A stretch of 64,000 nucleotides of DNA from a bacterium (lineage in GTDB: Bacteria; Patescibacteriota; Minisyncoccia; UBA6257; 02-FULL-45-10c). Below, one piece after another: positions 38,262-49,982 of this stretch (within the stretch, counting starts at the first letter, position 1; every line of letters starts with the position of its first letter). The translations under genes and the position numbers were made by a program. Under the pieces are notes generated by a model, which did no database searches, was not told where the DNA came from, and saw only the letters and a list, made by a program, of their open reading frames with translations. The stretch lies in the NCBI GenBank assembly GCA_021786945.1, contig JAJYMK010000003.1, positions 240,361 through 304,360 on the forward strand, read 5' to 3'.

Positions 38262-39491
38262 TTAATTTTTAAGACAACGGACAGAAAAACCATAATTTTT
38301 ATCATTATTAGTAACTCGAACAACCGAAGAAGAATTAGCGTATAAGTCGCGTTCCAGGGCGTTATTTCCCGATGCAACTGACGCCCACATATTTACAACA
38401 CTTGAACGATTATTAAATAAACCATTTGTACCACGCCACCCAGCAAGAATACCGGAAAAACCAGTCGAATTATCACCATTTAATGTATAAGAAGAGAGGT
38501 GGCTTCCGGCAGGACTACATTGCCAACCAGTACTTATTTCACAGCCAGGAGTTCCTGCCGCATACTCAACAAGAGTCTTCCATTCCGTATCTGTAGGAAT
38601 GTGCCAACCGTTAGGACAGATGCCTTGAGCTCCAATGGTAGTGGAATATTGCATAGCTTCATTCCATTGATAAAGACCGCCGTCGGTTAAACAGTTAGCA
38701 TCCAAATCTGAATAACAATATTTTTCTATCATACCGTTATCGGTTTGATTGGAAACTCCGGCAATTCTTGTCCCAATATTCATATTTTGTGTCATCCAGC
38801 ACTGCGTGCCGATTAACGCAGTTAGATAAGTCTTACCACCATAATTAACTGATGCTGGGCAAACACCTAAGTTTGTATTCAAAGTCAAATCATTCCCCGT
38901 TTCAAATCTGGTTGAAGATGAGCCTCCATCAGATGTAGCACTAGTAGCAAGATATTTGTCAGATTCCATGGTAGCTGAAAGAGCCCAGGAACCGTGAATA
39001 TAGGTATAGTAATAACCATTGGTAGCAGCTGTGGATAGATCGGATGCTTGAATTGGATCTATCGGAAGATTAGAAAAAAGAGTTCCGGCTTGGGATTGTA
39101 TTGAGGTAAGGTCTACGGGTATCCAGCCGGTGCCATCTACATTTCTGTAGCTGGCAGAAGTGGAACAATGATAATTCCAGCCAGTGGAGGTGGCTGTAAG
39201 TTTGCCGTAGTAGGAACCGCATTGAGGATCTGTATCTGGAAGAGAAATATAAATAATATTGCTATTGCCCATAGCATTGCTATTGCCTCCGAAAGCCTGG
39301 AACAACATCAAGGCTTTGTTTATCTGATTGAGTTCCGTGATTCTATTGGCATCTCTGGATTGTTTGACTAACTGAGCTGGGTTTATGACTAAGAGGACTG
39401 TTGTGGCTAGGACTGCTAATATACCTATGACTATGAGGAGTTCTATGAGGGTGAAGGCTTTTCGGGATTTGAATCTTGAATAATATTTCAT
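38262..39491 (-). CDS. Type IV pilin-like protein with C-terminal FISUMP (Fib_succ_major) domain
   Basis: KA|FTLIELL prepilin motif; IGTQCWMTQN, GGLYQW, QGICPNGWHIPT, GFSVRCLK. Confidence 0.88.
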   Translation of the reverse strand: MKYYSRFKSRKAFTLIELLIVIGILAVLATTVLLVINPAQLVKQSRDANRITELNQINKALMLFQAFGGNSNAMGNSNIIYISLPDTDPQCGSYYGKLTATSTGWNYHCSTSASYRNVDGTGWIPVDLTSIQSQAGTLFSNLPIDPIQASDLSTAATNGYYYTYIHGSWALSATMESDKYLATSATSDGGSSSTRFETGNDLTLNTNLGVCPASVNYGGKTYLTALIGTQCWMTQNMNIGTRIAGVSNQTDNGMIEKYCYSDLDANCLTDGGLYQWNEAMQYSTTIGAQGICPNGWHIPTDTEWKTLVEYAAGTPGCEISTGWQCSPAGSHLSSYTLNGDNSTGFSGILAGWRGTNGLFNNRSSVVNMWASVASGNNALERDLYANSSSVVRVTNNDKNYGFSVRCLKN

Positions 39492-39587
39492 AATAATTAA
39501 ATTAATTATAACAAAAATTCATAAGCAAATTTCAACAATATTAAAAATATTTTAAAAAATTAACTTTTATGGATAAGTTTGAGCAAT

Positions 39588-39615
39588 AAAAAAGCCCTGC
39601 ATTTTAGCAGAGCTT
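39588..39615 (-). terminator. Intrinsic terminator after rplK
   Basis: AAGCUCUGC/GCAGGGCUU with U-G pair and U-tract on the minus strand. Confidence 0.8.
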
Positions 39616-39645
39616 AATTATTTAGTTTTGCGATATTTCCGAGGA

Positions 39646-40071
39646 TTACTTCTCTACCTCAATCCCCATATTACGGGCAGTTCCTTCAATAATCTTCATG
39701 GCAGCCTCAACATCATAAGCATTGAGATCAACCATCTTTCTTTCGGCTATTTTTCTGACATCTTCTTTGGTAACTTTACCAACTTTTTGAGTCAAAGGAT
39801 TGGCAGCGCCCTTCTCTATGCCAGCGGCTTTTTTAAGCAAAGCTGAGGCTGGAGGGGTTTTAAGCTTGAAATCAAAACTCCTATCTTCATAAATGGTGAT
39901 TTCGGCCGGAACAACATCTCCGATCATTTCCTTGGTGGCATCATTAAATTTCTTGCAGAAATCCTGAATATTCACACCGTGAGGACCAAGAGCGGTACCT
40001 ACCGGAGGAGCCGGATTTGCCTTTCCAGCTTCCAACTGTAATTTTAAAATTGTTTTAATTGGTTTAGCCAT
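39646..40071 (-). CDS. rplK: 50S ribosomal protein L11
   Basis: [30 protein letters not shown]. Confidence 0.97.
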   Translation of the reverse strand: MAKPIKTILKLQLEAGKANPAPPVGTALGPHGVNIQDFCKKFNDATKEMIGDVVPAEITIYEDRSFDFKLKTPPASALLKKAAGIEKGAANPLTQKVGKVTKEDVRKIAERKMVDLNAYDVEAAMKIIEGTARNMGIEVEK

Positions 40072-40133
40072 AATTTTTTAATAATTTATTTTAAACATTC
40101 ATGCGGATAAGAGGTAATATCCGCCTGATCCGT

Positions 40134-40715
40134 TTACACTTTTTTAATCTGTAATGAATCCAGCTCGACAACAGTATCTCTTCCGAAAATTGGGACCAAT
40201 ACTTTTATCTTGCCCTTCTCTTCATCCACCTCGGAAACTTTAGCGTCGTAATCTTTAAAAGGTCCGTCGGTGATTTTAACTACGTCACCAACTCGGATAT
40301 CAACCTTAAACCTTGTTTCCTTATTGCCCATTCTGGCCATTAATACATCAATTTCTTCCTTGGAAAGCGGAACCGGAGTGGTTGAATCCGGGCCTACGAA
40401 ACCAGTAACTCTTGGGGTATTTCTTACAACATACCAGGAATCTTCGGTAAGAATCATGTCAACCAAAACATATCCGGGATAAATCTTTTCTTCAGCTACC
40501 CTTCTCTTACCATTTTTAATTTTAACCTTAGTCTCTTTTGGAACCAAAATATTGAAAATCTTGTCGTTCATAGCCAAAGAATCCACCCTCTGTTTCAGAT
40601 ATCGGGCTACAGCATCTTCATAACCAGAATAAGTATGCACTGCATACCAATGCCTCTCTTTTTTTTCTTCTATCATTTTTTCTTTTCCGGTTGCCGGATT
40701 TTTCTTAAGCTCCAT
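40134..40715 (-). CDS. nusG: Transcription elongation factor NusG
   Basis: WYAVHTYSGYE, YPGYV, VRNTPRVTGFVG, KOW domain, IFGRDT. Confidence 0.97.
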   Translation of the reverse strand: MELKKNPATGKEKMIEEKKERHWYAVHTYSGYEDAVARYLKQRVDSLAMNDKIFNILVPKETKVKIKNGKRRVAEEKIYPGYVLVDMILTEDSWYVVRNTPRVTGFVGPDSTTPVPLSKEEIDVLMARMGNKETRFKVDIRVGDVVKITDGPFKDYDAKVSEVDEEKGKIKVLVPIFGRDTVVELDSLQIKKV

Positions 40716-40720
40716 ATCTT

Positions 40721-40903
40721 TTAAATAAATAATCCCAATAATTTAGTAAAAGCGTAGTCTAAAGCCCCTAAATAAATAGCAGCTGCCAAAGAAATAAAAA
40801 CGACAATAAGCGTCATTCTAATTGTTTCGGCTTTAGTTGGCCACTCCACCCTTTTAAGCTCTTGCTTGGATTCTTGTACAAAAGCAATAAATTTAGAAAA
40901 CAT
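40721..40903 (-). CDS. secE: Preprotein translocase subunit SecE
   Basis: ELKRVEWPT plus one TM helix; upstream of nusG. Confidence 0.93.
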   Translation of the reverse strand: MFSKFIAFVQESKQELKRVEWPTKAETIRMTLIVVFISLAAAIYLGALDYAFTKLLGLFI

Positions 40904-40964
40904 CTGTTTTGATTTAAATTTAATTATAAAAATTTACCACAAAAAACCAAAAATGTCCAGGAGA

Positions 40965-42938
<1,974 letters not shown>

Positions 42939-43046
42939 TTAAAAAAAGCTATAATCGCCTTTTTTTTATTACAAATTTAAACCTTTTTATATGTAAATTA
43001 TAGCATAAACACACTTAATTAACCAGTAATTTTATGATGATTTTTG

Positions 43047-43098
43047 TTGACAATTTTTAATATAAAAATTAATCTTCTGGGTAGAACATTAAAGGGGG
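43047..43098 (+). promoter_or_regulatory. Promoter TTGACA-N17-TAATCT, boxA-like GAACATTAAAG (43084-43094), SD AAGGGGG
   Basis: Read directly. Confidence 0.68.
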
Positions 43099-43103
43099 TC
43101 AAA

Positions 43104-43310
43104 ATGGAAAATAAAGAAGAAAATAATTTCGATATACCTCAGGATTCGAGCTCAAATTCTCCTGTTTCTCACGGGCACAAAGAAAAAGACTGCTGGTGTA
43201 AACAAAACGCCAATAATCCCCTCTGTATCCCCAAAGAAACGCCCAGCGGAACACACTGGATCCGCAGACATATGGATATGAGCGAAATAGCTGATATTCT
43301 CGGTCTTTAA
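43104..43310 (+). CDS. 68-aa hypothetical Cys/His-containing protein (ORFan unit)
   Basis: ATG 43104 behind SD; H...CWC...H motif may bind metal. Confidence 0.68.
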   Translation: MENKEENNFDIPQDSSSNSPVSHGHKEKDCWCKQNANNPLCIPKETPSGTHWIRRHMDMSEIADILGL

Positions 43311-43317
43311 AAAAAAT

Positions 43318-43345
43318 AAAACCGCTCATAATGAGCGGTTTTTTT
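43318..43345. terminator. Bidirectional intrinsic terminator
   Basis: AAAACCGCTCA/TGAGCGGTTTT. Confidence 0.88.
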
Positions 43346-43350
43346 GCTGA

Positions 43351-44562
43351 TTAATACGAACAAGCACAACTTGTCTGCCTGTTGCAATTGTAATAACAAA
43401 CAGAAGGAAAACTGCCATAGCTATACCAGCTTGAATACCAATATTTACCGCCGCAATAAACAGACGTACCGCTTATCCAAGAATTACTCGGACAAATTTT
43501 TGAGCAACCATTGAATCCAGAAATAATAGAGCAAACAGTTGTATTAGATTGACAACCCAAAGCAGAAGATGAACCAGCGGAAGCATTATCACTAGCATTA
43601 AAATATTTATATGTTCCTCCCGCAACCCATTGGCAAGAACTATTATATCCATAAGTTGTAGATGTGTAGCCTGGCGAACAAATAGCCGTACCGATACCGC
43701 TTTTATTTCCAATACCATTAGCATTTTTTGCTGCAATCTCATAAAAATAACTCGTGGCTGGATTAATTGTTGTGTCTGAATAAGTTAAAACATCGCCAAC
43801 TTCAATCAAAAAAGTTTCAGGATCGGATAAACTTCCCCTATAAATTTCATAATTAGTTATTGTTGACCCGCCATCATTCAGGGGCGCTACCCAGGTCAAT
43901 ACAACTTGAGAGCTATCTGCCGTTGCCACAACTGTTTGCGGAACAGAAGGCAAAGAAGATCCTCCACCACCACTAGCTAAATTAATATCAAGGGCTAAAT
44001 TATTTCCCAACTCGAACCTTGTATCAGAAACTCCTCCATCGTTAATAGCGGTTGAAGAAAGATATTTATCAGATTCAAGAGTAGCAGAAAGAGCCCAGGA
44101 ACCAGGGATATAGGTGTAGTAGTAGCCGTTGGCTACGGTATTGACTGGATCTATAGGAAGACTGGAGAAAAGAGTTCCGGCAGAAGATTGGACTGAAGAT
44201 AGATTGACTGGTATCCATCCATTGCCGTCAATATTGCGATAATGTTCAAAATCCGAACAATGATACTGACCGCTACTTAAAACCGGGAGACCAAGGTCGG
44301 AACAATCAGCTTGGGCGCTGGGTAAAGATACGTAGACATCTCCATGAGTACCCATACTGGTACTACCTCCGAAGGATTGATACAAAAGTAAGGCGCCATT
44401 TAATTGATTAATTTCTGCTATTCTATTCCCATCCCTGGATTGTTTAACTAATTGAACTGGATTTATAACTAAGAGGGTTGCCGTAGCTAAAATGGACAAA
44501 ATACCAACTACAATCAAAAGCTCAATAAGAGTAAATCCCAAAAAATAATTTTTCTGAAACAT
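43351..44562 (-). CDS. Type IV pilin-like protein with fibronectin type III and Cys-rich C-terminal domains
   Basis: LG|FTLIELL; PSVPQ...LTWVAPLNDGGSTITNYEIYRG...YFYEIAAKNANGIG. Confidence 0.85.
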   Translation of the reverse strand: MFQKNYFLGFTLIELLIVVGILSILATATLLVINPVQLVKQSRDGNRIAEINQLNGALLLYQSFGGSTSMGTHGDVYVSLPSAQADCSDLGLPVLSSGQYHCSDFEHYRNIDGNGWIPVNLSSVQSSAGTLFSSLPIDPVNTVANGYYYTYIPGSWALSATLESDKYLSSTAINDGGVSDTRFELGNNLALDINLASGGGGSSLPSVPQTVVATADSSQVVLTWVAPLNDGGSTITNYEIYRGSLSDPETFLIEVGDVLTYSDTTINPATSYFYEIAAKNANGIGNKSGIGTAICSPGYTSTTYGYNSSCQWVAGGTYKYFNASDNASAGSSSALGCQSNTTVCSIISGFNGCSKICPSNSWISGTSVYCGGKYWYSSWYSYGSFPSVCYYNCNRQTSCACSY

Positions 44563-44574
44563 TAAAATAAAAAG

Positions 44575-45315
44575 CTATTGATCTTTGTAGTGAACAAAAT
44601 CGAATTTTTCTATATCATAAACAATATTTTTTCGTTCAACCACAATTCTCCATCCGTGTTTTTTGGCATAATCAACTAAAACGCCATCTGGATTAAAAGC
44701 AATTGGTTTTCCGACTAATTCAAGCATGGAAATATCCGTAGCGCTATCACCTACGGCAACCGATTTTTTCCAATCCGGATCTATATTTAAATTTTCTACA
44801 ATCTTCATCAATAACTTACTTTTCTGATTATAGCTGTCTCTCTGTGTAAACTTGTTAGTAAACATTCCATCTTTGACTTCCAAATCACTGCCAAATGCCA
44901 TATCAAAACCCATTCTCTTGGCGAAGTCCTTAACCATAAACATTGGCGAACCTGAAATGGCAATTAAATAATAACCTTGCTTTTTAAGATCTTTAACCAA
45001 ATCTCTGGTGAAACGATAAACTTTTAATTTTTGCTTGGCCATAACCTTCTTTCCCACTTCCAAAACTTCCTTCTTTTTACAGCCCACAATATGCCTGAAA
45101 TAAACTTCAGCAACTTTATTTATATAAGAATCGTAATTTGCAATGCGATTCAGCCAGGCATGATAATCGTCTTCTATTTCATCTTCGGCTTTTTTCAAAA
45201 AAATTCTGTCTTTTACCAAACCATTCACAAGCTCAATAAGCAAAGACGATCTAAAAATTGTCCCATCTATATCAAAAACGGCAATTTTTAATTTTTTATT
45301 TTTTATTTTAGCCAT
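44575..45315 (-). CDS. HAD-IB (SerB-like) hydrolase
   Basis: FDIDGT, ISGS, GDSATD, AFNPD. Confidence 0.88.
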   Translation of the reverse strand: MAKIKNKKLKIAVFDIDGTIFRSSLLIELVNGLVKDRIFLKKAEDEIEDDYHAWLNRIANYDSYINKVAEVYFRHIVGCKKKEVLEVGKKVMAKQKLKVYRFTRDLVKDLKKQGYYLIAISGSPMFMVKDFAKRMGFDMAFGSDLEVKDGMFTNKFTQRDSYNQKSKLLMKIVENLNIDPDWKKSVAVGDSATDISMLELVGKPIAFNPDGVLVDYAKKHGWRIVVERKNIVYDIEKFDFVHYKDQ

Positions 45316-45327
45316 ACTTATATCTTA

Positions 45328-46497
45328 TCAGATATTGTATTGTTTTTTAACCTCGTCAAAAGCGGATTTATCTTTATCGGCAATAGGTTTACCATCTGGA
45401 ACTTCGATCGTAAACGGATTTACGAATGTCCCAAATTTATGAATTTCATAATGTAAATGCGGACCCGTAGAATTACCGGTAGAACCAACGTAGCCAACCA
45501 CCTGCCCCTGTTTAACAGTAGTCCCTCTTTTTATTCCCTTAGCCAAACCCTCAAAATGCCCGTATACACTAGTATACATATCGTTATATCTGATAGTCAC
45601 GGAAATTCCGTATTGGCCATTCCACCCAGCTTGCGTAACGGTTCCGTCACCTATAGCAACAACTGGAGTGCCATAATTAGCCACCAAATCAACGGCTCTG
45701 TGGGCATGATAATAAGTTTCCGTTACCGGATCTAAACGCTTATAAGTAAAACCAGAACTTATATATTTATACTGTAACGGTGATTTTAAAAATACCTTCT
45801 GAAGAGACTTCCCGTTTTCATCATAATAACCATCTTTATCATCACTTGTTTTAAAATAATATCCGAGATATTGCTGCCCGGCATTATTGAATTTGGCCGC
45901 CAAAATTTTACCTGGCATTACATACCCTCCATTCAAATATCTTTTTTCATAAATAACTTTAAAGCTATCGCCTTTTTGAATATCGCCCACAAAATCTATT
46001 TGCCAAGCAAAAGCCTCGGCCAAAGCAATTGCTAATCTGTTATCGAGTCCCTGCCCAACAATTGTTTCATATAAAGAAGATTCTATTATTCCTTCAGCTG
46101 TAGATACTTCAACCTGATATTCTATCGGTTTTTTTTCAGCTAACCATTCCTCGGTTGAGGTGGATGTATTTTTGACAACAAGTTCTTCTTCGGTATTTAT
46201 ATCATAATCAAGCTCTTTTAAATCGTTTGTATTCTTATCAAAAACAAAAACCAACTCCTTACCCTCTCTTATGTTAGACAAATCATAAACGCCCTTACTA
46301 CTCGAAAAAATTGCCTCAGCTGTTCCGGTTGCAACACCGGCCTGACTGGCAATAATACTAAAAGTTGAACCTGACAAAATCTCTTTTTTTACAATAAAAT
46401 TAGGGTCTTCCTGAACGGTAACGCTGCTTTTCAAAAAAATAAAAACTGATCCAAGAACCACTCCTGTTGCGGCTAAAATTTTTCCTATTAAAGGCAT
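45328..46497 (-). CDS. M23 family peptidoglycan endopeptidase (MepM/OapA-like)
   Basis: AWQIDF, HRAVD, YGH, GNSTGPHLHYE. Confidence 0.9.
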   Translation of the reverse strand: MPLIGKILAATGVVLGSVFIFLKSSVTVQEDPNFIVKKEILSGSTFSIIASQAGVATGTAEAIFSSSKGVYDLSNIREGKELVFVFDKNTNDLKELDYDINTEEELVVKNTSTSTEEWLAEKKPIEYQVEVSTAEGIIESSLYETIVGQGLDNRLAIALAEAFAWQIDFVGDIQKGDSFKVIYEKRYLNGGYVMPGKILAAKFNNAGQQYLGYYFKTSDDKDGYYDENGKSLQKVFLKSPLQYKYISSGFTYKRLDPVTETYYHAHRAVDLVANYGTPVVAIGDGTVTQAGWNGQYGISVTIRYNDMYTSVYGHFEGLAKGIKRGTTVKQGQVVGYVGSTGNSTGPHLHYEIHKFGTFVNPFTIEVPDGKPIADKDKSAFDEVKKQYNI

Positions 46498-46534
46498 ATA
46501 TAAAAACTACTATAAAATACAATCTATGCCAAAT

Positions 46535-48121
46535 CTAGTAATTATAGATGCTTGTATTTGGCTCGATTTGAGGTGTAGAAATTGGGCTAATAGACGATGA
46601 GGACGTAGCTATAAGCGGAACAACAGGACTAACTGTTCCGGAATTAACCCGATTGTCAGTTGGGGTGTTTCCGGGCCCGCACTCTCCCCTAAAGTAAGCC
46701 CATTCCTCACACTTAGATCCATCCGGAAAAATACAAACTCCATATTGACTGCCGTCTATATTTGAAATTATCTGATTTTTATATCCCTGCCTTGCACAAT
46801 AGACTGAGGCCGGGTTGGCAATCCCCGTATTCGTTTCTACGTCTATAACACTTGGCAAAGGCGCTTCTCCGGTATTTTCAGGGTTAATACAAATACTGTA
46901 AGAAATATCAGACCTGTCCTCTTTTAATCCAAAGCAGCACGGCTTATTTACCGGCCCCAACAAAGGATCTCTATTAACTCTTTCCCCGGCCTTTCCGCAT
47001 TCAGGTTCCTTGAAAAGCACGGGAGAAGTTGAAGAAGCTAGAGGAACTTTAATCGCGCCTCCGTCACACTCACCTTTAAATTTAATTACGACTCCAATAT
47101 TTTTTGCCACACATTCGTTAGAATAAGTTTTTCCATCAGCTCCGCATACAGGATTATACTCCATCGTACAAAAACCTTGTTCTGCGGGCCTATTTGATAC
47201 AGCGTTCGTAGAGGATGATACAACTTGATTTTCTATTTTAGGAACAGGCATCATCGCACTCTCTTTTAAATCTTGAATAATGATATTTCTTTGTAAGACA
47301 TCATTTATCGGAACCGCTTGAATCAATTTTTGAACCGTTGAAGATCCGGAAATTTGGCTTTTTTCCGAAATAACCCGATTTAAATTGTCTTCAATTTTTA
47401 GACGCACCTGTTCCAATGCCAATTTAGCTTCTTCTGGAGCATGGGCCTCTATGCTATTTATAATTTCCAAAGATCGAAGATGTTTCAAATCACTTCCTTT
47501 AGAATCCATAAGGGCGGTATCCAAATTAGCCGCAAAACCGATTGGATTCTCTTTGGCTACAATCACAGCCGATTCGTCTATTTGTTTTTTTGCGGAACTT
47601 ACCGCCGCTTGCACATCCTTATTGTCACCGGCACCTAAAGCAATTTCATCCAATACTTTTTCATGTAAAACAACATTATTTGCAACTAAACCTACCAAAT
47701 TTCCAATATCTGGAGTAGAAGATGCAATATTCAAAGACTCAAGGGTATTTTTAAGCTCTTCCTGGGCAGTCTTAAAATTTTCAACTCCTTTTATAATAGC
47801 TAAATTATTGTTCGGAGTTGTCTCCTGAATTTTTTTTGCTTCCGCGGCTTTTTCGTTTACAATACCCAACTCAAGTTTAGCTTTTGACACGGGGTCAAAG
47901 GTTAAAGCCAGTTGAACTTTTCTTTTTAATTCTTTTAAAAAATAAAAAGGGTTGGTCGGTAAAATTCCTGGATCGGAAACACCCAAATCAGAAGCGGAAA
48001 TACTCTCTGCTTTTTGAATAGATTCTGGAGTAATCGCAACTGAATTTGTAGCTGTTTGAGCATGTATTTGGCCCGAAAAACAAAACACAAATAACGATAA
48101 TACTATTATTATTTTTTTCAT
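46535..48121 (-). CDS. Secreted multidomain protein: DUF5667-like, Kazal and DUF333-like domains
   Basis: Signal peptide; PGILPTNPFYFLK; CTMEYNPVCGADGKTYSNEC; ANPASVYC...GVCIFPDGSKCEEWAYFRGEC. Confidence 0.78.
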   Translation of the reverse strand: MKKIIIVLSLFVFCFSGQIHAQTATNSVAITPESIQKAESISASDLGVSDPGILPTNPFYFLKELKRKVQLALTFDPVSKAKLELGIVNEKAAEAKKIQETTPNNNLAIIKGVENFKTAQEELKNTLESLNIASSTPDIGNLVGLVANNVVLHEKVLDEIALGAGDNKDVQAAVSSAKKQIDESAVIVAKENPIGFAANLDTALMDSKGSDLKHLRSLEIINSIEAHAPEEAKLALEQVRLKIEDNLNRVISEKSQISGSSTVQKLIQAVPINDVLQRNIIIQDLKESAMMPVPKIENQVVSSSTNAVSNRPAEQGFCTMEYNPVCGADGKTYSNECVAKNIGVVIKFKGECDGGAIKVPLASSTSPVLFKEPECGKAGERVNRDPLLGPVNKPCCFGLKEDRSDISYSICINPENTGEAPLPSVIDVETNTGIANPASVYCARQGYKNQIISNIDGSQYGVCIFPDGSKCEEWAYFRGECGPGNTPTDNRVNSGTVSPVVPLIATSSSSISPISTPQIEPNTSIYNY

Positions 48122-48180
48122 ATATTTAACTAAAAATAGGCTTTAATGATCTACAATGTAATTATAGCAAAATAAGATTG

Positions 48181-49080
48181 CTAAATCCCGCTATTCAATA
48201 ATTCGGAAAAGGCCCCAACACAATCCTTTTTATCTAAAACAATACTCTTTAAAGCAGACAGAAACCAGAATTTTTTATATTTATTGCCAAGAAGACCTAC
48301 CAAGGAATAAATAGACTTATAACCCTCGCTTTCAAGGCAGCAAATGCCTGTTTTCGCCAATTTTTCTCCGACTTCTCTATTCCTAGAAAAACTGCTAAAA
48401 GCCGTAGCGATAAAATCTGACATGCCGGCGTCGTCAAAAACTGTTTTTTTATTTCCGCCCATCTCAACTACCATTTCCGACATTTCTTGGATAGCCAAGG
48501 AAGTAAGCACGCCCTTGGTATTGTTTCCTAAATTAAGCCCATCGCAAATACCCAGACCCAATGAATATATATTTTTTAAAACACCGCAAATAGCCACCCC
48601 TCTTAAATCGGAAGAATATTTTATATTTAAATCCGTGCCTTTAAAAATTTCAGAAATGAATTTAAAGTATTTTTTATTTTTACAGGCAAAAACGGCAAAA
48701 CCTTTTTTGCCGGATGATATTTCTTCGGCGAGCATAGGACCGCTGAGTAAACCAAAAGGCTGGTGCTTATTAAAGCTTTCCCCCAAAACCAAATCCATAG
48801 TTTTCATTTTTTCGGACTCTATCCCCTTGGATAAGGAAACAATCAAAGAATTTTTAGACAAATAACATTCGATATTTTTTGCGGCATCCCTTACGCACCA
48901 AGAAGGAACACATAAAAAAATTATTTCCGCGGAAGAAATAACCGTCTTCAATTTGTATATTTCATCTTTTTTATCCCAAACCCCAATAGACAAACCAGGC
49001 TTATTTTCCAATATTTTATGAATAGCCCTACCAAGCTCCCCGTAACCGATTATGGCTATTTTTTTATTTTTATTATCCAT
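48181..49080 (-). CDS. gpsA: NAD(P)H-dependent glycerol-3-phosphate dehydrogenase
   Basis: IIGYGELG, SKGIE, LSGP, GVLKNI, SRN. Confidence 0.88.
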   Translation of the reverse strand: MDNKNKKIAIIGYGELGRAIHKILENKPGLSIGVWDKKDEIYKLKTVISSAEIIFLCVPSWCVRDAAKNIECYLSKNSLIVSLSKGIESEKMKTMDLVLGESFNKHQPFGLLSGPMLAEEISSGKKGFAVFACKNKKYFKFISEIFKGTDLNIKYSSDLRGVAICGVLKNIYSLGLGICDGLNLGNNTKGVLTSLAIQEMSEMVVEMGGNKKTVFDDAGMSDFIATAFSSFSRNREVGEKLAKTGICCLESEGYKSIYSLVGLLGNKYKKFWFLSALKSIVLDKKDCVGAFSELLNSGI

Positions 49081-49092
49081 TTTTATTTAGAA

Positions 49093-49977
49093 CTAAGGCT
49101 GTAAAGCTGTTTCCGAATTACCGTCAACTGAAATAATTACGCTCCTAACGGTTTTATCGAATGCATAAATGGTTTTAATGATCTGAGCCCGAATAGCCCC
49201 AACTCTGCAAGAACCACCCAAATTATTTTCAATCTCTTTACCAAAATCAACTTTTACCGTAATACCTTCTTTTTCGATGTAATTAATCTTTGAATTTTCC
49301 GGAATACTGGTGTAATAACCAGAATCTCTGTCTTTTTCGCCAACTCCACCAAGAAGAGATTCTATTGCGCCCCTCATTGTTACCGGCTCATTCCCTGAAG
49401 ATTTTATTAACGGAAAAACTTTAATGCAGCTAATTTCCGGATCGAGTTTGTTGTTGGAATAATAAACCTCGTAATAATCTTTTAAATTTCTATCAAAATT
49501 AAGGGGTATTTTTACAACATCAATTTTGCTGCCGTCTTTTGCGGAATAGTCAAAAACTTGGGCCTCGATATTAGTTCCGGCTTCATCGGGAATAGCCGCA
49601 TTTATTTCGAATTGCCCAAAAAGACCCGCATCGGCAGAATTGGCATATGCGGTACCGCTAATAATTTCTTTTTTTGTATTAGCTTCTAAGATAGACCAAT
49701 TTAGCTGATTTTCAAAAACCCTTGCAATTCCCCGAATAACCAAATTCTTTCCCACTTTTTGTCCGGCTAAAGGCGAATTAACAACAATATTGGCTTCTAT
49801 TTTCTGTGCCTGGCCAGGACAATCTTCGGAAGGCTTAATGGAATCAGGATTTCCATGACTTACCCAGTCACCATCAACGCAAATCCAATAATTATCCTGA
49901 TTTAAAAAGCGGATCGCTCCAATAATCAAAACAATTATTAATAGAGACAAAATACCAATCAATATCTTTTTTGCCAT
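49093..49977 (-). CDS. Membrane-anchored Gmad2 Ig-like plus GerMN domain protein
   Basis: WICVDGDWVSHGNP, GIARVFE, SAKDGS, GGSCRVGAIRAQI...LQP. Confidence 0.75.
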   Translation of the reverse strand: MAKKILIGILSLLIIVLIIGAIRFLNQDNYWICVDGDWVSHGNPDSIKPSEDCPGQAQKIEANIVVNSPLAGQKVGKNLVIRGIARVFENQLNWSILEANTKKEIISGTAYANSADAGLFGQFEINAAIPDEAGTNIEAQVFDYSAKDGSKIDVVKIPLNFDRNLKDYYEVYYSNNKLDPEISCIKVFPLIKSSGNEPVTMRGAIESLLGGVGEKDRDSGYYTSIPENSKINYIEKEGITVKVDFGKEIENNLGGSCRVGAIRAQIIKTIYAFDKTVRSVIISVDGNSETALQP

Positions 49978-49982
49978 TTTTA

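Noticed and set aside
39568-39577. DnaA-box-like TTATCCATA
   Set aside because: Single mismatched copy, no cluster and no dnaA/dnaN nearby
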